Positions 58,997 through 64,000 of a stretch of 64,000 nucleotides of DNA are shown here, piece after piece (within the stretch, counting starts at the first letter, position 1; every line of letters begins with the position of its first letter). This stretch comes from Candidatus Eiseniibacteriota bacterium (GTDB lineage: Bacteria; Eisenbacteria; RBG-16-71-46; CAIMUX01; VGJL01). Under the pieces are notes generated by a model. The model worked only from the letters and a program-made list of their open reading frames with translations, did not search any database and had not been told where the DNA came from. The stretch is from contig JBHGAY010000010.1 in assembly GCA_041946735.1 (NCBI GenBank), positions 64,001 to 128,000 on the forward strand, given 5' to 3'. A program made the position numbers and the translations under genes.

Positions 58997-61293
58997 GCGA
59001 AGCGGAGAGGAACCTCCCCGAGGAGATCTTCAACGATGCGCTCGAGCTCCCGAGCGAGGAACGCGTCCGGTTCCTCGAGCGCGCCTGCGCGGGGGACCCC
59101 CGGCTGCGCGAGGAAGTCGAGTCCTTGCTTCGCATCGCGGAGGACGATCCCTCTCTTCTCGCATTCCCCGAGCCGGCGCCGTCGGATGGCGAACCGTTGC
59201 CCGAGAAGATCGGCCGCTACCCGGTCCTCGACCGGTGCGGCGAAGGAGGGATGGGAGTCGTCTACCGCGCCGAGGATCCGCTGCTCGGACGCGCCGTCGC
59301 GCTGAAAGTCCTTTCCGTCCCGGGACTCCTGGCCCGACTCGACTCGACCGCCGGGCGCAAGGCCCGCGAGCGGCTCGAGCGCGAGGCGCGCCTGCTCGCG
59401 GCGTTGAACCATCCGAACCTGGCCACGATCCACGCGCTCGAGTACGTCGGCGGGTCGCCGGTGCTCGTGATGGAGTTCGTCGAGGGACGGACGCTTCAGG
59501 AGATCCTCTCCTCGGGAGAGGCGACCGCAGAGGAACGGTTGCGCATCTGCCGCGGGATCGCGCAAGGGATCGGAGCGGCGCACGAGCGGGACATCGTCCA
59601 TCGGGATCTCAAGCCGGCAAACGTGATGGTCGGTCCGGGCGGAGTGATCAAGGTTCTCGACTTCGGGATCGCGGCCGTGGCGGAGCTTACGCTTTCGATG
59701 GCGGGGGAGGGAGCATGTTTTCCTGCCAACGATCGAAGACCGCAAGCTCCCGGCCGTATCGGGCCGATCGGGGAGGGGACGGCCCGGGCGGGCACCCGAG
59801 GGTACATGAGCCCGGAGCAGCAGGCAGGACATCCGGCCGATCTTCGTTCTGATCTGTGGGCCTTCGGGAGGATCATCTGCGACTGCTTCGAAGGTTCGGT
59901 GACGCGCGGTCCGGAGGGCCGGCCCGCCGTCCGCTTCGCCGGCCCCTCGCTTCCCGGCCGCGCGCTCCCCGGGCGTTCGCTGCCCGGCCGCGCGCGCCGC
60001 CGGCTCGAGCGGCTCGCTGCGCGTTGCCTCGAGGAGGATCCGACGCGACGTCCGGCGACGATGGCGGAGGCCGGGCGCGAGATCGACCGCGCGATCGACG
60101 AGGTTCGCCGCGCGCCGGCGATGCGCCGTCTCGCCCTTGTCGCGCCCGCTGCGTTGCTGATTCCCCTCGCCTTGCTCGGCGTGCGCCTGCGCGAGAGGGA
60201 GCATGAGCGTCCGATTCGGGCCATCGCTGCCGGGCGCACCGTCGAGACACACTACAAAGACGGCCGCGCCCGCGTCTTTCTTCCGCCCGACTCGGTCGCT
60301 CAAGCGCTCGACAGCGCTTACGTCGCGGCGACCGCGCGATCCCCCATCATCGTCGCGGTGACGGAGGAGCAGGAGGAGACGGACGACTTCCTGCTGTTCT
60401 GGGATGCCCATGGCAAACTGCTCCGCTGCATCCCGTCGACCCGGGACACCCCCTTCGACGCCGTGGCCGAGGAAGGGTCGGAGCTCTACTGGCGGAAGTG
60501 GTATCGCTCGATCCATCCGCCGTCGAAGCGGCATGACACCTTCGACGTGACCGAGGGGGCTCACTACTACCCCTCCACGCTCCGCCGCTTCGCGATCGCG
60601 TCCTCCGAGATCGAGGAGACGTATCGCCTCTACCACGCGGGCCATGTCAACTCCATCGTCTACGCGCCGTCGTTCGACTCGACGGCGACGTGGCTCTGGA
60701 TGACCGGCCGTGTGCGGGATGGTGGACTGCTGCGGGAGATCGCGGGCGGGGTGGAGCAGAACACGCACTTCCTCGCATGCTTCGAAGACTCCGCTCGCGG
60801 CACCGAGTACTTCCCCGCCTTCGCGCCACCTTCGGCGGCGTTCCTCCACAACCATCCGGAGGGAGTGCGGCCGGCCGTGCCGATCCTCTACTTCGTGATC
60901 CGAGGCTTTCTCTCCGACGGCGACAGCATCCTATGGGACAGGAGCCCTTCCATGCTGATCCACGAGGTGGTGCGCGCCGGGCCGCAAGATCTCGAGGTGC
61001 TGCTGATGGGCGCGATCCGCCTCGACCTTCATCGTCCGGGGACCGGAAGGGTCGAGGTGCAGGCGTCGACGAGCGGCCAGGCCCACCCCGCGATCGCGCG
61101 CAGGGCCCGGGCGCTCGGCGTGGACGCCGAGGAAGCGGTTCGCCGCTTCCTCGCGGACAGCGTCATCGTGCTCATCGCTTCGGCGCCGGGGCTCGAGGTC
61201 ACGGGAGACTTCACGGACCGGCGTGGCGCTGTTCCGACCCAATGGAACGGGGCGCTCCCCGGCTGGACGGAGGATCGCCCCGTTTCTCGGTAG
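58993..61293 (+). CDS. Transmembrane Ser/Thr kinase with unrecognised extracytoplasmic domain
   Basis: GEGGMGVVY, VALK, HRDLKPAN, DFG, GTRGYMSPEQ; one TM (LALVAPAALLIPLALLGV); GTGA overlap with the ECF gene. Confidence 0.92.
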   Translation: MSEAERNLPEEIFNDALELPSEERVRFLERACAGDPRLREEVESLLRIAEDDPSLLAFPEPAPSDGEPLPEKIGRYPVLDRCGEGGMGVVYRAEDPLLGRAVALKVLSVPGLLARLDSTAGRKARERLEREARLLAALNHPNLATIHALEYVGGSPVLVMEFVEGRTLQEILSSGEATAEERLRICRGIAQGIGAAHERDIVHRDLKPANVMVGPGGVIKVLDFGIAAVAELTLSMAGEGACFPANDRRPQAPGRIGPIGEGTARAGTRGYMSPEQQAGHPADLRSDLWAFGRIICDCFEGSVTRGPEGRPAVRFAGPSLPGRALPGRSLPGRARRRLERLAARCLEEDPTRRPATMAEAGREIDRAIDEVRRAPAMRRLALVAPAALLIPLALLGVRLREREHERPIRAIAAGRTVETHYKDGRARVFLPPDSVAQALDSAYVAATARSPIIVAVTEEQEETDDFLLFWDAHGKLLRCIPSTRDTPFDAVAEEGSELYWRKWYRSIHPPSKRHDTFDVTEGAHYYPSTLRRFAIASSEIEETYRLYHAGHVNSIVYAPSFDSTATWLWMTGRVRDGGLLREIAGGVEQNTHFLACFEDSARGTEYFPAFAPPSAAFLHNHPEGVRPAVPILYFVIRGFLSDGDSILWDRSPSMLIHEVVRAGPQDLEVLLMGAIRLDLHRPGTGRVEVQASTSGQAHPAIARRARALGVDAEEAVRRFLADSVIVLIASAPGLEVTGDFTDRRGAVPTQWNGALPGWTEDRPVSR

Positions 61294-61769
61294 GTAGGTT
61301 CAAGGTTCGAACGGCGCCCCGATCGCGTCCGACGTGTCGTCTTCATGCTGCGCCTGCGGGACGAGGGCCGGGTGCACGGTACTTGGGCAGGCGCAACGAA
61401 GACGACGGCCGGGCTACATCGGGGGTGGCGGCGGGGCCTTGCGCCGCGCCCGCGCACCCGAAGCACCGCAGAGGAAAGCGCGAATCGGACCTGCGACCTG
61501 ACATGCGTTCTTCGACCGCCGCGTATTGCCATCGCTTCTAGGAGCCTTACGGGAAGCCGGGCGGTGCTCGCGGGCGTTCCTCGCGGGGCGGTCGCCACGG
61601 GCGGTTGTCCCGGCGGTCGTCCCGTCGGTCGTCCCAGGCGGTCGCGGGGGCGGATTCCCGTAGCGGTTTCCGGGCTTGGGCCGCCGGATGCCCGTGGATC
61701 CTGCAGCCCCCCGCTGCTAGGCTTGCGGCCCGGGAACGAGACGCAGGAGCGCGAGGGGAGGGATGGCCG

Positions 61770-62468
61770 ATGCCGGAAGATCGGACACAGGAGGCGAAAC
61801 GAAGGGCGGGGATCGCCGCGGCCCGCCTGGTGGCGAGCGGCCAGGTGGTCGGACTGGGGACCGGATCGACGGCCGCGGAGGCGATCGCCGAGCTGGGGCG
61901 CCGGGTGCGCGAGGAGGAGCTGTCGATCCGCGGGGTGCCGACCTCGTATCAGGCGGCGATCCTGGCGCGCGCGAACCGGATTCCTCTGACGACTCTCGAC
62001 GACGTCGACCGCGTCCACGTGGCGATCGACGGCGCGGACGAGGTCGATCCCGACAAGAACCTCATCAAGGGAGGTGGGGCCGCCCACACGCGGGAGAAGG
62101 TGATCGACTCGCTCGCGGAGCTGTTCGTGGTCGTCGTGGACGAGAAGAAGCTCGTGCGCCGTCTCGGCGAGGCGTGCCCCGTCCCGGTCGAGGTCATCCC
62201 GATGGCGCTCGCGCCGGTGCGCCGAGCGCTCGAGGCGCTCGGCGGCCGCCCCGAGCTGCGGCTCGGCGTGCGCAAGGACGGGCCGGTCGTGACCGACGAG
62301 GGCAACTGGATCCTGGACGTCTTCTTCCCCGGCGGCATCGGGGATCCGAGGCGCGTGGAACGCGACATCGACACGATCCCCGGCGTTCTCGAATGCGGGC
62401 TCTTCGTAGGAGTCGCCGACCGCATCCTGATCGCATCCCCGGACAGCGACGAGGTCCGCGCGATCTGA
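61770..62468 (+). CDS. rpiA: Ribose-5-phosphate isomerase A
   Basis: [46 protein letters not shown]. Confidence 0.97.
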   Translation: MPEDRTQEAKRRAGIAAARLVASGQVVGLGTGSTAAEAIAELGRRVREEELSIRGVPTSYQAAILARANRIPLTTLDDVDRVHVAIDGADEVDPDKNLIKGGGAAHTREKVIDSLAELFVVVVDEKKLVRRLGEACPVPVEVIPMALAPVRRALEALGGRPELRLGVRKDGPVVTDEGNWILDVFFPGGIGDPRRVERDIDTIPGVLECGLFVGVADRILIASPDSDEVRAI

Positions 62469-62494
62469 TCCACGCCGGCCGCGGCGCGCGCAGC

Positions 62495-64000
62495 TCAGCG
62501 CAAGATCGTGATCCGGTCGAGCGCGGTCCGATTTCCCTCGCGCACGCGCAGCCAGTACACACCGCTGGGCAAAGGCCGCCCCGCGCGATCCTCGGCCCGC
62601 AGGACGAAGCTCTCCGCGGGGCCGGCCGGCCAGACGCCGCCGGCGACGCGACGGCCATCGAGCGAGACGATCTCCCAGACGACAGGCCCGCCCGTCCCGT
62701 GTGACCAAAGGACGGTGAATGGCCCGCGCCCCGGCATGGGGGCGACACGCAGAATCGGCGGCTTCAGTGACTCGCCGCCGGCCTCGGCCTCCGCCGTCAC
62801 CAGGGCGACGACGGCGCTTCCCCCCTCGATCGCCACGGAGCGGGCGAGTTCCGCGTGCCATCCATCGGGGCCGAGCGTCATGAGCCGCCGCCCGGATTCC
62901 TGCGCCCGAAGGACGGTTCCTTCCGCCGCGGCGACCTCGAACGGTCCGGCGGCCGCCGTGACCCCCTCCGGCAGCGCCGGCACGGGCCGCGCGACCGCAA
63001 GCCAGGCGAGCATGCTTCCCGCCTCGCCCTCGGCCTCGATCGGTCCGCCGTCCCACGCCCAGCTCGCCTGTCCTCGAGAGGAGAGCGGGATCGCCCAGAT
63101 CTCGAGCGATCTCGTTCCGGCGTTCCCCCAGCGGTCGAGGCCGCGGATCGCGAGGGTGTACGCCTGCGGCTCGCCGCGCAGCACCACGCGCGTCCGGTAG
63201 AGGAACCCGGAGGAGTCGGCGAGGCGCGTGACGGCCGGCGCGCCGTCGACCGTCACGTCGATCGAGTCGCCGCGCAGCCGCTCCTCGGCCGTGATCGATA
63301 CCTCGAGGTAGCGAGGAAGGTGGGGGATCGAGGTCACGCCGACCCAGAAGGCGGGCGCGCTCGTGTCGGGCGAGAGGCGCAGGATCGACGGGCCGGTCCC
63401 GCACGCGAGGTGGTCGGCGTCGAGCATCTGCAGGCCGCTGAGCGGGCGGTCGAGCGCGTTGATCTCGAGGTCGTAGCGATACGGCTCCCAGCTCCTCCCG
63501 CCGTCGGCCGTCTCGAGGATCGTCGCGGAGCGGCCGACGGCCCATCCGGAGCCGTCCTCGGCGATCGCGACCGCGAGGATCGTGTCGGGGGCGGCCGATT
63601 CGACGGGGGCGTTCCATGGTGGGGCGCCGTCCAGGAAGAGCAGCCGGTCGCCGGCCGCGCAGAGGGCGCCGTCGGCGGAGAAGGCGAGCGCCCGGATGCC
63701 GGCGGCGATGCCGGCAGGGATCGCGCCGCTCGACCAGCTTTGCCCGGCGTCGGAGGTGACCGACAACCGTCCCTCTATCGACAGGACCGCCGCGGTGGAG
63801 GCGCCGCGCGACGCGAACGCGACGATCGGCTCTTCCATCTCGAGGACGGTCGACCAGCGAGCCCCATCGTCGCCGCTCCGCAGGACTGTCGAGTCCCCGT
63901 AGGCCCACGCGGCTCCCGAATCGGAGAACGCCCAGCCTCGCGCTCCGGCGAGCGCGGCATCCTCATCGATCGGATCCCAGTGGGCTCCGCGATCGAGAGA
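62495..64000 (-). CDS. YCF48/Asp-box beta-propeller protein with FlgD-Ig-like C-terminal domain (5'-partial)
   Basis: Frame is open to the window end; SLDRGAHW, SGDDGARW, TSDAGQSW, TADGGRSW; ends PMP...EDRAGRPLPSGVYW. Confidence 0.8.
   Translation of the reverse strand, partial: SLDRGAHWDPIDEDAALAGARGWAFSDSGAAWAYGDSTVLRSGDDGARWSTVLEMEEPIVAFASRGASTAAVLSIEGRLSVTSDAGQSWSSGAIPAGIAAGIRALAFSADGALCAAGDRLLFLDGAPPWNAPVESAAPDTILAVAIAEDGSGWAVGRSATILETADGGRSWEPYRYDLEINALDRPLSGLQMLDADHLACGTGPSILRLSPDTSAPAFWVGVTSIPHLPRYLEVSITAEERLRGDSIDVTVDGAPAVTRLADSSGFLYRTRVVLRGEPQAYTLAIRGLDRWGNAGTRSLEIWAIPLSSRGQASWAWDGGPIEAEGEAGSMLAWLAVARPVPALPEGVTAAAGPFEVAAAEGTVLRAQESGRRLMTLGPDGWHAELARSVAIEGGSAVVALVTAEAEAGGESLKPPILRVAPMPGRGPFTVLWSHGTGGPVVWEIVSLDGRRVAGGVWPAGPAESFVLRAEDRAGRPLPSGVYWLRVREGNRTALDRITILR

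Noticed and set aside
3523..63908. Many long antisense or alternative-frame ORFs (e.g. 3523..5559, 12218..15106, 33099..36287, 37569..40118, 61029..63908)
   Set aside because: Shadow ORFs rich in R/P/G/A, overlapping well-supported genes and lacking motifs
1..64000. Mobile elements, prophage, rRNA, tRNA
   Set aside because: No transposase, integrase, phage structural gene or RNA-gene signature seen

Overview
High-GC (roughly 70% by eye) bacterial chromosome segment with about 51 densely packed CDSs. No rRNA, tRNA, CRISPR array, IS element or prophage gene could be supported. The secretome style (five proteins ending in a FlgD-Ig/T9SS-like C-terminal domain, one ending in TWGSIKANFR, one PEP-CTERM protein, several OM beta-barrels) suggests a diderm FCB-associated candidate lineage such as Ca. 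Eisenbacteria (inference). Recognisable genes: pnp, rho, selD, 2-oxoacid:ferredoxin oxidoreductase alpha/beta, tenA, rpiA, alkaline phosphatase, a DnaQ-like exonuclease, general-stress genes (BON, YtxH, DUF948, ChaB, PRC-barrel), three ECF sigma factors and two Ser/Thr kinases. Most notable: (1) a Rho whose RNA-binding OB domain is absent and replaced by a ~230-aa charged disordered region; (2) a cytoplasmic kinase-STAND-TPR plus kinase-coupled ECF pair converging on two secreted paralogues built from four LecA/PA-IL-like domains lacking the canonical Ca2+ loop, with a 36-bp direct repeat between them and a TGTC-N17/19-CGCG motif recurring at the second kinase/ECF locus; (3) a selenocysteine-containing SelD (in-frame TGA plus SECIS hairpin) truncated in the ORF track; (4) a PatA/PimA-like acyltransferase-GT4 pair; (5) many short tandem duplications. 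All family calls come from motif recognition by eye, not database searches.
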